A stretch of 64,000 nt of DNA from Felis catus (Eukaryota): NCBI RefSeq assembly GCF_018350175.1, contig NC_058368.1, positions 113,276,001 through 113,340,000 on the forward strand, written 5' to 3'. The notes under the pieces were generated by a model. That model did not search any database and was not told where the DNA came from. It worked only from the letters and a program-made list of their open reading frames with translations. Below, piece after piece: positions 37,550 through 49,410 of this stretch. Numbering within the stretch: position 1 is the stretch's first letter; every line of letters begins with the position of its first letter. The position numbers and the translations under genes are program-made.

Positions 37550-38342
37550 AAGAAATCAATCTCTGGTGAAGAATTTCAAATAATTTATGGAGACACTTCA
37601 TCCTCAAGGGGATGGAGGATTAACTGCCCACTCACTGTGCACAGTGACTTCCACCAGAGTGGACAGTATGAAAAGGAAGGAAAAGAGTAGCATTTACAGT
37701 AGACAAACCTGAAAAATACCACCTCAGCCAGGTGATCAAGGTTCACATTGACAGCGTTAAGCCATACTGATAATAGGCACCCTTGATGTGATACAACGAT
37801 GTCACTGTACCTCAGTGGTCTTCCTCCCCAAAACCCGTAACTCCAGTCTAATCATGAGAAAAACATCAAACAAACCCCAACTCATGGACGTTCTGGGGAA
37901 AAAAAAACTGACTAGTATACCTCACAATTGTCAAGGTCATCAAAAACAAGGAAAATCTGAGAACATGTTCTAACCAGAAGCCTCAGGAGACATAATGACT
38001 AAATATACCGTAGTATCATGGGTGAGATTCTGGAACAGAAAAAGGAAATGAGGTAAAAACTAAGGTAATCTAAATATGGACTTTAACTGATTTAATATAT
38101 CCATATTGGTTCATTAAATGTGACAAATGTACCACACCAATGTAAGATGATGCTAAGGAGAAAGTAGGGGCAGCAGGGTTTATGGGAACTCTACTATCTC
38201 TGCAGTATTTCTGTAAATCTAAAACTTTTTCTAAAATAAAAAGCTTATGTAAAAAAAAAAAAAAGAACATTATAGTAATGAGTCCAGGAAATAGAATTTT
38301 ATTGGATACCAATTTCTGGAAATCAAAGGGTCATAGTGATCT

Positions 38343-38596
38343 TCCCTACCTTGGCTATGGTAAATAATGCTGCAATAAACAAAGGGATGCACATCTTTTT
38401 GAATTGTGTCTTAATTTCTTTGGACAAATACCCCGTAGTGGAATTATTGCATCATAGGGTATTTCTCCTTTTAATTTTCTGAGGAACCTCCATGTCGCTG
38501 TCCATAGCTGCTGCATCAAATTACATTCCCACCAACATATCCAAGGGTTCTTCACCCTAAGTATCCATTGATAAATGAACGAATAAGGAAAATGTG

Positions 38597-38651
<55 letters not shown>

Positions 38652-39260
38652 CATACATACACAAGCATGAACACACACACACAAAATCTCTCTCTCTCAC
38701 ACACACACACACGCATACACACACACACGCATACACACACACACACACACACACACACTGGAATATTATGCAGCCATAAAAAGAGTCAAATCTTGCCATT
38801 TACAACAGCACGGATGGACTTAGAGCCTATTATCCTAAGCAAAATAAATGAGACAGAGAAAGACAAATACTATACGGTAATATGATTGCACTCATATGTG
38901 GAATCTAAAAAAATCAAACGAATGCATAAACAAAGAGCAGAACGAGTCCTATAAATAAAGAGAACTGATGGTTGCCAGAGGTAGGGAGGTAGATGGGAGA
39001 GAGTGGGGAAGGTGTGCAGATGGGCAAAACGGATAAAGGGGAGAGGGAGACACAGGCTACCAGTTACGGGATGAGTAAGTCGCGTGAGTAAAAGGCACAA
39101 TGTAAGGAATACAGGCGGTGATAGTGTAACGGTGTCGTATGGAGACAGACGAGTACCTATGCCGTTGATGACCAGAGCGGAGCGTATAAACTTGTGGAAT
39201 CACTCTGTTGTATACCTGAAACTAATGCAACATTGTGTGTCGATTTACTCAAATAAAGTA
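38343..39260 (+). mobile_element. L1 3' end (carnivore/L1MA class) with 5' inversion
   Basis: ~38343-38545 is L1 in minus orientation; ~38555-39257 is the adjoining L1 sequence in plus orientation ending in aataaa. Confidence 0.85.
38600..38758. repeat. Compound (TA)n/(CA)n/(TC)n microsatellite inside the L1
   Basis: Directly visible. Confidence 0.95.
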
Positions 39261-39276
39261 TTTGATCTATTACTTG

Positions 39277-39480
39277 TTTCAATGTTTATTTATTTATTCT
39301 GAGAGAAAGAGAGAGCACAGGGAAGAGACAGAGAGAGGGGGAGACAGAGAATCCGAAGCAGGCTCTCTGTACTGTCCGTGCAGAGCCAGATGCAGGGCTC
39401 GGTTCCATGAACCACGAGATTATGGCCTGAGCTGAAATCAAGAGTCGGACGCTTAACCAATTGAGCTACCGAGGCACCCC
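39277..39480 (-). mobile_element. Older CAN-SINE inserted in the L1 tail
   Basis: Reverse SINEC body ending gaggcacccc; flanked by aagtattt repeats. Confidence 0.92.
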
Positions 39481-39794
39481 AAGTATTTTTTTTTAAAAAG
39501 GTCCATAATGATCTGAAGACGAAGAATGACAAAAATTAATGAACCCAAGGAAGTGAGAGGCCTCTGTGCTAGTGACAGATGAGGCATTCCCCAACCCAAT
39601 CACAGAGAAACAAACTGTGCAAAGGCCTTCACAAGCCCTCATTCAAATTTGTGCCCCAGAAAAACGTAAAGTCACTATCCTATGGGTTTCTTGGTAAAGC
39701 AGTATCATTTACTCCATTCTGGAAGTTTCAGCCAAAGCAATAAGACACAAAAAAAGAGGTTTAGCGTACACGTGATTAATGGAATGAAGTGCTT

Positions 39795-40025
39795 TATTAA
39801 AGCCCAGGCTCTGGAGTTGATTGATTGGGTTCAGTTGGATTGATCTTGGCTCTGCTATTTATTTGCTAGATATGTGACTCCGAGCCATTTCAATGAGCCA
39901 AAGTCCATTCTCTCACCTTTAAAGTGCAGAGAAGAGTACCACCTATCACTGGGCTTCAGAATGGTTAAAGGAAACATACATACAATACACAATGTCTAGC
40001 TCTAGTGAGTAATCAATAAATGGCA
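39795..40025 (+). mobile_element. MIR fragment
   Basis: aggctctggagtt...tgggttcag...ggctctgctatttat...tgtgac...ttctctcacctttaaagtg...acctatcac...caataaatggcagct. Confidence 0.65.
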
Positions 40026-40049
40026 GCTCTATCTTAAAACCCACATGGG

Positions 40050-41230
40050 AAAGAAGATAAAATGGCCATTATCTCCGGAGGAGACTGCCTGCGATAGACA
40101 ATCCAAAACGATAAAATAAAAAACCATCAGAGTCGAGACTTCCTATTTGAAAGAAATAATAATTTTAACAAAAATAGAAAACAGATTTCATTCACAAAAA
40201 GCAGTCCCAAACATCCACTCTCCAGCTATAGATGTAATGAGAAATACAGGAGCCTCTATGAAAGGAAACTGCAGACATTTCCGGAGGAAATTTGGAAAGA
40301 GAGACGAGTCGTGTTTCCAGATGGAACAACTTAACTGTAAAGTTATCAGCTTGCCTCAAATTACTTTGAAATTCAATCTAAATCTCATCTTCTGAAAGTT
40401 TTCAAAATGATTTCTAATATTATCTGGGAGAACAGGCGAGAAGAGCCATAAAAATTGTGGAAAAGAGAGGAACTTGTTACACGAAAAGATGAATTACAGA
40501 GTAAAAACCATTACGAAAACTAGCTATTTAGAAGAGAGAGAGAAAAAAAAAAGAACACGTCACTCTCTCTCTCATAGTGCACCCCAGAATCAGCTGTAGA
40601 TTGATTAAAACAGTATTTTTTCAACTCGTGGTCACAATCCATGAGTGGGTTATAAACACAGCTTTCTAAAATATGAAGGATAATGACAGAGAGTAGGAAA
40701 GAGCAAGCATTATGTAGAGTAAGAATGAGTGCTGCTTGGAGGAAGCTTTCACTACACTGGCTCACAGTATCAACTATTTCTTCCTGTTCAAATGCCACTG
40801 GCCTAATGCATCAAACATGAAAAATTCAAACCATGAAAAGAACAAAATGAAAACATAGCTGAACTTTTTATCTGGCCTCAGAGTTGGGGAGAGATTTCTA
40901 AGCATACATCAAAGCCAGAAACTCCAAAAGAAAAGAATGATAGACCTGCCTGGGTGAGAACATCAAAACCTGAGTCTATCCGAAAACACCATTAAAGGCG
41001 AATGACAGATCGGCGGAAAAAATGTGAAATATATACGATGGATTCATATCCTTAATATGTAAAACAATCCCCTTATAAATTACTGAGAAAAAGACTCAGA
41101 CCCTAAAAGGGAAAGCAGAGGGTATATGAGAGAATTCATACAGAAGAATTATAAATAGCCTGTATTTTTTTTTCATGTCGATGAAAACATAAAGTTAAAT
41201 CTGCACCATAGTCAAAGAAGTAAAAATAAA
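40050..41230 (+). mobile_element. Decayed ancient L1 ORF2 fragments
   Basis: Motifs such as aaattcaatctaaatctcatc, agatttctaagcat, catatccttaatatgtaa. Confidence 0.55.
40611..40800 (+). mobile_element. hAT-Charlie-type MITE remnant nested in the old L1
   Basis: Imperfect terminal inverted repeats cagtattttttcaac / gttcaaatgccactg; gtggtcacaatccatgagtgggtt subterminal motif. Confidence 0.5.
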
Positions 41231-41249
41231 TAAATAAATAAACCTCTGA

Positions 41250-41755
41250 CAGAGTCAGGTAATTGTCTCCCAACATCCATTCTTCTGCTTTTCTTTAATA
41301 CCAGGAACTTTGCTTTTTAGAGAGCTTGTTGCTTTCTAGTTTAAAAGTCTATATTCCTCACCATCCAGGTAGGGTCGTGCAACGAGACTCAGAAAAAATG
41401 CAGACTGAGTTGGCCAGTGAGATGGAAGGAGGATTACATCCAGATTCACAGAGGTCTGCTAGAAGAAAAGTAGTGTGCCCGTATTTGCTCTTCCCTTTTC
41501 CCTGTTGAATGGATTACAGGTATAATGGCTGGAGCTCTAGCAGGCATGCTGGCCCAAGAGGATGCACCCTAAGGTTGACAGAGTAACAAGATAAAAGCGT
41601 CCTTGATGATTCAGATGCTCGCATACCAGCCCTCATTATCCTACTACTTGACTTGTTTTCTAGGAAAATGAAGTAAACCGTCTTGTGCTTAAACCACTGC
41701 TATTTGAGCACTGGAGTGTGGGTTATGTACAGCACATTCAAATCTTAACTAAAGA
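41250..41755 (+). mobile_element. Old MaLR LTR (MLT1J-like)
   Basis: ccaacatccattcttc, atggctggagctctagcaggcat, gcttaaaccactgctattt motifs. Confidence 0.55.
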
Positions 41756-41789
41756 AAGTACAAAAATTATTTTAAAAATTATAGTCTCA

Positions 41790-41980
41790 GGGCGCCTGGA
41801 TGGCTCAGTTGGTTAAGCGTCCGACTCTTGATTTCTGCTCAGAAACTGTGATCTCACAGTTTCACAAGTTGGAGCCCCTCGTCTGTGCTGTCAGCACAGA
41901 GCCTGCTTGGGATTCTCCCTCTCTCTCTGCCCCTCCCTCGCTCATGCTCTGTCTCTCAAAATAAAGAAATAAACTTAAAA
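41790..41980 (+). mobile_element. Older CAN-SINE
   Basis: gggcgcctggatggctcagttggttaagcgtccgactcttgatt; flanking aaattatagt repeats. Confidence 0.93.
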
Positions 41981-42961
41981 CAAATTATAGTAAGTGTCTT
42001 TTCAACTGGCATTCTTAGACATTGCTTATGGTATATTTTTTTCCGTGAGAAATTTGTGCTAGTGTGTAACAACAAAAGAGTTTTAAGCTGCATATCCTTG
42101 TACCCAGCAATTCTGCTCGGAACGTAGCCTACGAAAATAATTAAGATATGTGCAAAATTAATACACAATGATGTTCACAAAAGTGGTGTTTGTAATAATG
42201 AAAAATTAGAGAGAAGCTAAATGCTTAATAATAGAGGACTAGTTATAAAAATTACAGTACATTTATAGAATCAGACACCACACAGCCATTAAAAATCAAG
42301 TTTTAAAAGAATAATTGATGACATGGAAATATTATTAAGTATTAAGCTAATAATAAATATTTTAAGGTAGTACACGATTATACTGAGTTCGGGAGAGCAC
42401 AGGCAATTTTCAGCCTTTATTCTTTGTGTTTTTCAGAATTTCCCAAATGCTAAGAAAAAGGTATAACCCAGCAGTTTTGTTTTTTTTTTTTAAGGTTACT
42501 AAAAAATCTATAGGTGTCTACTCCCTTTGGCCACAGAGCTGCCTGCTCCAGCTGGGCGGTTCCTTCTGCTCACCTTCACGGACAGCGTGTTCCAGCTCAA
42601 CACGCCTGGCTAGTTTGCACCTTGGAATATGCTTTCTGCTTCCCTACGAGTAGTCCTTGCAAGGGATGAGGAACGGCTGACACAGGACCATACTTCACTT
42701 AAGGTCAGATGTTCCCACTACAAACCAACCTAAGCCCCTGCGTCTAGTGCTGGAACCTACGATGCTTCTGAGACACTCAGAGTATCTCCTTGCAGTCTGA
42801 GTGATGCTCCTGATGCCATCTCAGGTCTCCCCTTCCCCAGATACCAAGATGTCATTGTCCTTGACTCCCTGGGAGCTCCTGGCCTCAGGCCAATATTGCC
42901 TGTCTGGAAGCAAATGGTATTTAAAAGGAACGTGTTCTATGTTGATTAGAAAATGTGTTTA

Positions 42962-43189
42962 GGGGCGCCTTGGTGGCTCAGTTGGTTAAGGGTCTGACTT
43001 TGGCTCAGGTCCTGATTTCTCAGTTTGTGGGTTCGAGCCCCGTGTCAGGCTCTGTGCTGACAGCTTGGAGCCTAGAGCGTGCTTCAGATTCTGTGTCTCC
43101 CTCTCTCTCTGCCCCTCCTCTGTTTTTGGGCTTGCTCTCGCTTGCACTCTCTCTCTCTCAAAACTAAACATAAAAAAAAAGAAAAGAAA
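42962..43189 (+). mobile_element. CAN-SINE
   Basis: Full body; TSD agaaaatgtgtttag on both sides. Confidence 0.96.
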
Positions 43190-43723
43190 AGAAAATGTGT
43201 TTAGCTGCAAGTAACAGAAAACTTGATTAACAGTGGCATATGTTCATGGAACTTTACTCTGTGACATAAGAAGTTAGGAGATAGGCAGCAAGGATGTCAG
43301 TTCAGCCTGGACCCACATTCTTTCTGTGTTTCTGCTCAGTCATTTTCAGCGGGTAGACTTTATCCACAGGCTTCTCACCTTGTGGTCACAAAATGGTTGC
43401 TGAAGCATCACACAAACCTCTCCAGGAAAAAGGGACAGCTGTGCATGAAAGCGAAAACTTTCTCAGTGACCTCCAGAAGGCTTCACTGGGGTCTAATTTG
43501 GTAGGACTGACTCAAAGGGTCCTCAGCTGAGGAGAGACTGGGACATTGGGAACAATGCTGGACACACTCGCCCTCAAAGAAAACCAGAGCTGAGAATGGG
43601 AAAGACAGCTAACAGTGCCTGCTACATGTTGGCAAGACGTTCTAGAACCCCAAAGTCTTTGGGAAAGGCAGTGTGTTACCAAACTGCACAAAGAGGAGAT
43701 CAAGTTATTCCCGCCCACAGGGT

Positions 43724-43725
<2 letters not shown>

Positions 43726-43756
<31 letters not shown>
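43726..43756. repeat. (TG)n microsatellite
   Basis: Directly visible. Confidence 0.95.
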
Positions 43757-43758
<2 letters not shown>

Positions 43759-43789
43759 TAACCTAATGAAAGAGTGAAAACTGATACTC

Positions 43790-44010
43790 CTTGAGCACCT
43801 ATGAGAACCAGCTGCTTTCATACTTATGTCCTGGAATCGACTTCGCTCTCATAATGACCTCTGCAAATAGCCCTTATTTACTTTGCTTTTGCAGATGAGG
43901 AAAGGGGGACTCGGAGAAACTAAGCGGCCCACCCAAAGCCACAGCTAGTAAGTCCTAGGGCGGGACTTCAATCTCATGACTGCCTGCGTCCAGAGCCCAT
44001 GCTTTCTCTA
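43790..44010 (-). mobile_element. MIR fragment
   Basis: ttgagcacctatg...ttttgcagatgaggaaa...cccaaagccacagctagtaagt...gcccatgctttct. Confidence 0.7.
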
Positions 44011-45163
44011 GCACCCGACAAGTATACACCTCGCGAGTTCTATCATTTGTACCTGATAGGCAAATAATGGGGCAGAGTAAGTATGAACGACTTGGCACCC
44101 AAACTTGTAGATACATAGTTGAGGACTCATGGGAGGTCTGATGGAAAGCACCCATCTATAAGAAAGGGAAGGCAGTAGGTATGCTAGTGACCATGACTGT
44201 GACCTCTCCCCTAACTACTGCTCATGGGCAAAGAGACAACAACAGCAGGACTCCTGAGGGCAAAGTATTCAGCTGTGGTTATCACAAAAAGGGACTGGGG
44301 AAAATGACCCAGAGACTTTAGATGCCAACCTGAATCAGAAGTCTCAGAGTAAACCCAGAAGTAGGTCTGTCTCTACCTTAGGTAGGATAATCAGTAACTC
44401 ATAACATACACCAGGTAGAAAGGCACCCAATTTAACCTGGATATTTGCTTATTTAAATACTGCTCCAATGAAATGTGTAACACATCTCTTACAAACTTAT
44501 ATTTATACTCAGTTGTGTTCATTCATTCAACAGACCCTAGGCTAGGGATATAATGACAAATAAGTGAGACAAAGTCCCCGCTTTCAAGGTCATAATCTAG
44601 TGCTTAGACAATGCCAGTGTATCAATGGTTACAAATGTAACAGTTCAATATTTTTAAGTTAGTTTCCTTGTCTCAACTACCTGAGATGAAGTCTAGCCCT
44701 TCTGACCACTGAGACTATAATAGCAGTGGGTCAAAAGTATGACAAAGTACTCAGAAAGCAATAAAAAGCCTTTGGAATAGCAGACTTATAAACCCAAATC
44801 CATAAAAAGATAGGAAACATCCCAGCTCTAGACAACTGTCACCTTGGGACATAAGTGAGTTCCACATGAAGATACACGAACGACGTTATTATTGATATTA
44901 AGAGTTGTTATCCCACTTAGGGGAGAGACAGCACAGGACCTGGGCACAGAGTAGCCATTTAATAAATGGTGGATGGGTGACTGATGGATAGATGGACAGA
45001 TGAAGGGATAGACAGATGGACACAAAGAAAGATGACCAGATGGATGGATGAAGACACATCATCACTACCTCCAAACTCAATCAGTGCCCTCAATTTTAGA
45101 AAACGAAACAAAAGAGATTAGCTGTCAGAACAGCGCCTTAAGCTTTAAATTTTGATTTTAAAT

Positions 45164-45385
45164 TTTTTTTTTAATTTTTTTTTCAACGTTTATTTATTTT
45201 GGGGACAGAGAGAGACAGAGCATGAACGGGGGAGGGGCAGAGAGAGAGGGAGACACAGAATCGGAAACAGGCTCCAGGCTCTGAGCCATCAGCCCAGAGC
45301 CCGACGCGGGGCTCGAACTCACGGACCACGAGATCGTGACCTGGCTGAAGTCGGACGCTTAACCGACTGCGCCACCCAGGCGCCC
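45164..45385 (-). mobile_element. Young Felis-type CAN-SINE
   Basis: Perfect TSD taaattttgattttaaat (45146-45163 / 45386-45403). Confidence 0.97.
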
Positions 45386-48214
45386 TAAATTTTGATTTTA
45401 AATAGGGCTTAGAGAACTGTGGAAGCAAGGTACGTGAAGTCACTGATCGGTGTTATTTTCGTTCACTACGTTTTCCTGAACTGGAGCTTCCTATTAGACA
45501 CAGAGGTAATCAGTATTTACCCCAGCTACTTCACAACATAGAAATATGTAGGATTCTTGTACCGGCAGCTCTCGATCCAAACGAGAGCTTTTGCTAGCTC
45601 CAGATACTCCCCCTCTGCCCAGAAACGTTCTCTGTGTTCTCACGAGAGCCTGAGCAAAGTAGGAACAGAATGTTCTATTCCAAAAGATACTACACTTCGG
45701 TCATCCAGGCAAAAATATTTGCTTCCAGAGACACCTTGAGCCCTTTTCCTAAGCTAGGGAGGCAGGACACAGGGAGAGAGGAGACTTGCCTGAGGCTGGG
45801 TTGGAAGTTGCCTTCTGTTCCCAGTCCAGAGGGGCCAGCAACACACACAAGTTAAGTTCCAGCCCGAGGCCAAGCCCCAGAATGACTGACTCAAGGAAGG
45901 CCACAGACTGGCAGCTTGGAATCACTGAGCCTGCCTCTTTGGCTTGGGGACAAAATTCACTTATGATACCCAATTTTTTCAGGCATGTGAAAGTGCTTTA
46001 AAGACTCTAACAGTCTACACATGCCATCAGTTCATTCCTTCCGCAATGATGGAAGGTATGGCCTAACCTATGCCTTGCAGTGGCCTATGCACTGTGCCCA
46101 GCCCACTGAGCAGTCTGTAGGGAAGGCTGGGGCCTACGTCCCCAGGGGAGAGGACAGACCGACAGGTGCAAATCACAGACGGGAGCCTGCCAGGTGAGGC
46201 ACCCCACAGCAGCCAGCCTTTAATACCTAGGGAGGCTGGGAAGGGGAGGGAGGCTCAACGGAAGGGCAGATGCCAGCTCTTGGTGCTTGGGGACAGCCAG
46301 CAGTACCCCCACTGTGAAGGAACTTGGCCACAGACTGGGATCAGGCCAATGGAGTAGGGGGACCCGATATTGTCCTCCCAAAACTACAGTCCTGGAGCTC
46401 TGAACAATCCCTGTGGATTAGCCCGGTTTAAGACCGAGTCTCCTAAATCCTAAAATCTGGAGAGATGTATGGACAGGGATCCAGACCTCTTCAGCCTCAG
46501 TAATGCCTCTCAGGGGAATAGTTCCATAGAATTAATAGCCTCGTAAAATGACAGGATTTTTTTTTTTTTTTTTTAATGTGGCTTCAAGTAATTTCTTGTA
46601 AGGCATTTTTTGGAGTATTTCTTATCCCTGTGCATTGGTACATGATCAGCATTCCAATCAAATCTCCTGTCTGCACTAATTCTCTGGTCGAACTTCTAAA
46701 TCTAGTTTCACAGTATCGGTATCCCCTGCCTAGTGATTTGAGAAGGTGGGGAGACTCCCATCCCTTGCTGGGGTGGGACCCACCCCACTTGTTGGCCTCG
46801 CTCCACCTTTTGCAAAGAGCCTTTGAAGACACTCGACCATAGACGATGCATAGCCAGGCCAAGAGGCCAAAGCAGTCTCAAGGCTGGCATGGGAGGAAAG
46901 AGACCCTTGGAACTGCCTTCGTGGGATGCCCAGACACATGAGTAACAGGAGCGCTACACTGGTTCCTCGCACTGATCCTTCCACACAACAAAAGCTAGTC
47001 AGTATGAGGGACCAGCCCCCAACACAACCTGCCACTGCATCACTGGGACATCGGAAAGCAAGAATTCTCACATCCAAGGACCCCCCGGTCCTTCTCATCA
47101 CCTCCGATCCACTCCAGTCCTGCACCTCCCAGAAGTTCACCTAAATGGCTCTGAAGTTCTCTCTCCCTGGAGCACAGTGGAGGCCTTGAAATCATGAGAG
47201 CAGGCTGCTCTGCTCTTGCCGCAAAGCTCCTTCTTGTCCGGCAGGAGGGTCCCTCGGGCCTACCGCTGTGGGGTTAGGAGAGGAGCACACGCTTTGACCC
47301 TCGTGACGCCACCAGGATTTCTATCTCTCGCCTCCCCCTGTCTCCTCAGACTGAAGAGATCTGGGCAGTTGTTTTGTTTATTTTCCTGCACTCCCAACCG
47401 ATGTGAATATCTGGAACCACGTACGCAACCCACTGCTTATTCTGCGCTGTAGCCGGCATCGTTCAACATCACGCAGGTTAAATCATCAAAGGGACATTTC
47501 TGCTTCCGCTGTGTCTAACTGCCACGTTTACTTTTGCAGCACAGAATCGCCATCATCACCATTAAGATAATGAGGAGGAGGACAAAACAGCTGTAGGTTT
47601 TGAACTCCACCTCTATAGTTAAAATTGAGTTCACTCCAATCTCCCCACACCTGTCAGAGTGCTGGCACACCTTCCCATGCTCCCCACGTGGCCAAGGTTC
47701 CCACCACCTCTCTCAGATCTAAGGAAAGGGCCCACCCACATTTTCCTAAGAAGCTGGCCTTGTGGGATTGCAGCCACTTGCTTTCTTCCGATTATAATTT
47801 CGATTTTTTTTTTTTTTATTGTAATGCCATCTTTTCTTTTCGATAGATAGCAGGGCGATGGGGAAACAGTCGACGTCGGGACAGACTGCAAATGAATTTT
47901 TATCTTTAAGGAGCTGGGTCGGAAACTCGCAGCTATCAGAAAAGCATAATACGGTGGTGAGCGATGAGCCCGTGCCAGCGTTTTGATAAACTTCAGACAG
48001 CTAAGTGTGCTCGCAGAAAGGAAGAGGAGAAAACGAGCAAGGACGTTAATTCTCTCACCTTGGAAAAGGCCCGTCAGAGAGTGCTGGGCTCTCCGGGAAG
48101 GAGTGCACGCTCTGAGCGCAGAAAGCAAGGCGAGGGGTAGTTTCAAAGGTGCGGCTGCACGTGTGCGTGTTTATTTTTCTTTTTCCAAAGGAAGACTCTG
48201 CCCTTTCAGGGCAC

Positions 48215-48435
48215 GTTCGGTTTAGGTTAAGAACACAGTCTGATGGGAGCGTAAGAGAACAAGTTCTAAAAAAGCCTTCAAATCCCTGCTCTGTCATTTA
48301 TTAGCCATGTGGCCTTGGGCAAGGTACTGAATGCCCCAGATCTCAAACGTTCTCACCAGCAACAGAGATGACATTAGTTGGCCGGAAGAATGAAACGTTC
48401 ACACACCACGTGCTTAGCCCAGTACACACAGTCAG
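48215..48435 (+). mobile_element. MIR fragment
   Basis: ggttaagaacacag...ttcaaatccctgctctgtcatttattagccatgtggccttgggcaag. Confidence 0.7.
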
Positions 48436-48689
48436 CACCTTATACAGATTATCTCTTGTCCTCATAAATCATGTGGTTGCTCTTTTAAACACTGTGAGCT
48501 ATGGTACATCTATACAAAGGGCAACTCCTAAAAAGAATGAGGTAGAGACACTCAACAGTGGACAAATGACTATGGAGAATCCAGACAAAACACCCTCGTG
48601 GAACTTCCATTCTAGCTGGGCAACGCACGACAATACACGAAGGAGGTCAATCTAATATGGTAGAAGGTGATAAAGGGCACAGAGAAAAA

Positions 48690-49410
48690 CAAAGGACGAA
48701 AGGGGGTAAGAACTTCCAGGGGGTTCCTGAGAAGGTGACATCTGTGTAGAGGCGATGGACGGAGCGAGCTGTGCAGGTGTCTGGGAAGACGGGCCAGGCA
48801 GTGCGAAGCCCCGAGGCAGGGGCACCAGGGAGTCACCTGAGGGCCCCCACGGAGGCCTGCGTGCCTAGAGCCCAGCAGGCAGAGGGTGCAGCGGCAGAAG
48901 ACGGGTGCAGAGACACAGGAGGGGATGTAATCATATTGAGCCTTGCAAGTCACTGAAAGGATGCTAGCTCTACCTCTGAACAAAGATGGGAAGTCACTGG
49001 TGGGTCTTGAACAGGGGATTACACAATTTGACTTACATTATACAGAACTGGTTTAACTCCTACGTTTGAAAGAGAGGGCAGGGGCCCGGAGATCAAATAG
49101 GGAGCAATCAAACTAAAAGACGAGGATGTCGCAGACCACTGGGGTAGTGGCAGTGGAGGAAAAAAGTGGCAGCTGTATTCAGAAGGCTTGAACACAGAAT
49201 CAACAGGATGATAGCATGGGAGACAAAGAAGATCTTCTTTTTCAGCAAATCAAAATACGGAGGCACCATTTATTCAGATGATAAACACTGCAGGAGGAAG
49301 GAGCAGATGTGGGGCAAAGATGAGGGGTTTGATTATGGCCGTTAAGCTTGATATGCCCGCGGGCATCAAATGGAAACGCTGAGCAGTCATGATATATTTA
49401 AATCTGGAGT
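48690..49410 (-). mobile_element. L2 fragment
   Basis: gaaggtgacatctg...gccttgcaagtcactgaaagga...atgggaagtcactgg...gaacagggga...atttgacttacatt: antisense L2 body. Confidence 0.65.

Larger units (their letters stand above)
35000..38250 (+). mobile_element. Old eutherian L1 (L1MC/L1MD class): ORF2 3' part and long 3'UTR
   Basis: caatcattaagacagtgtggtagtgg, cagtctttccagtaaatggtgctgg, gagaaaatatttgcaaac, tgatccagcaatagcactcctagg; 3'UTR motifs ctcagccaggtgatcaagg, ccagtctaatcatgagaaaaacatca; ends ctgtaaatctaaaactttttctaaaataaaa. Confidence 0.85.

Noticed and set aside
47631..48146. 171-aa minus-strand ORF
   Set aside because: Non-ATG start, crosses a homopolymer run and has no recognisable protein similarity.
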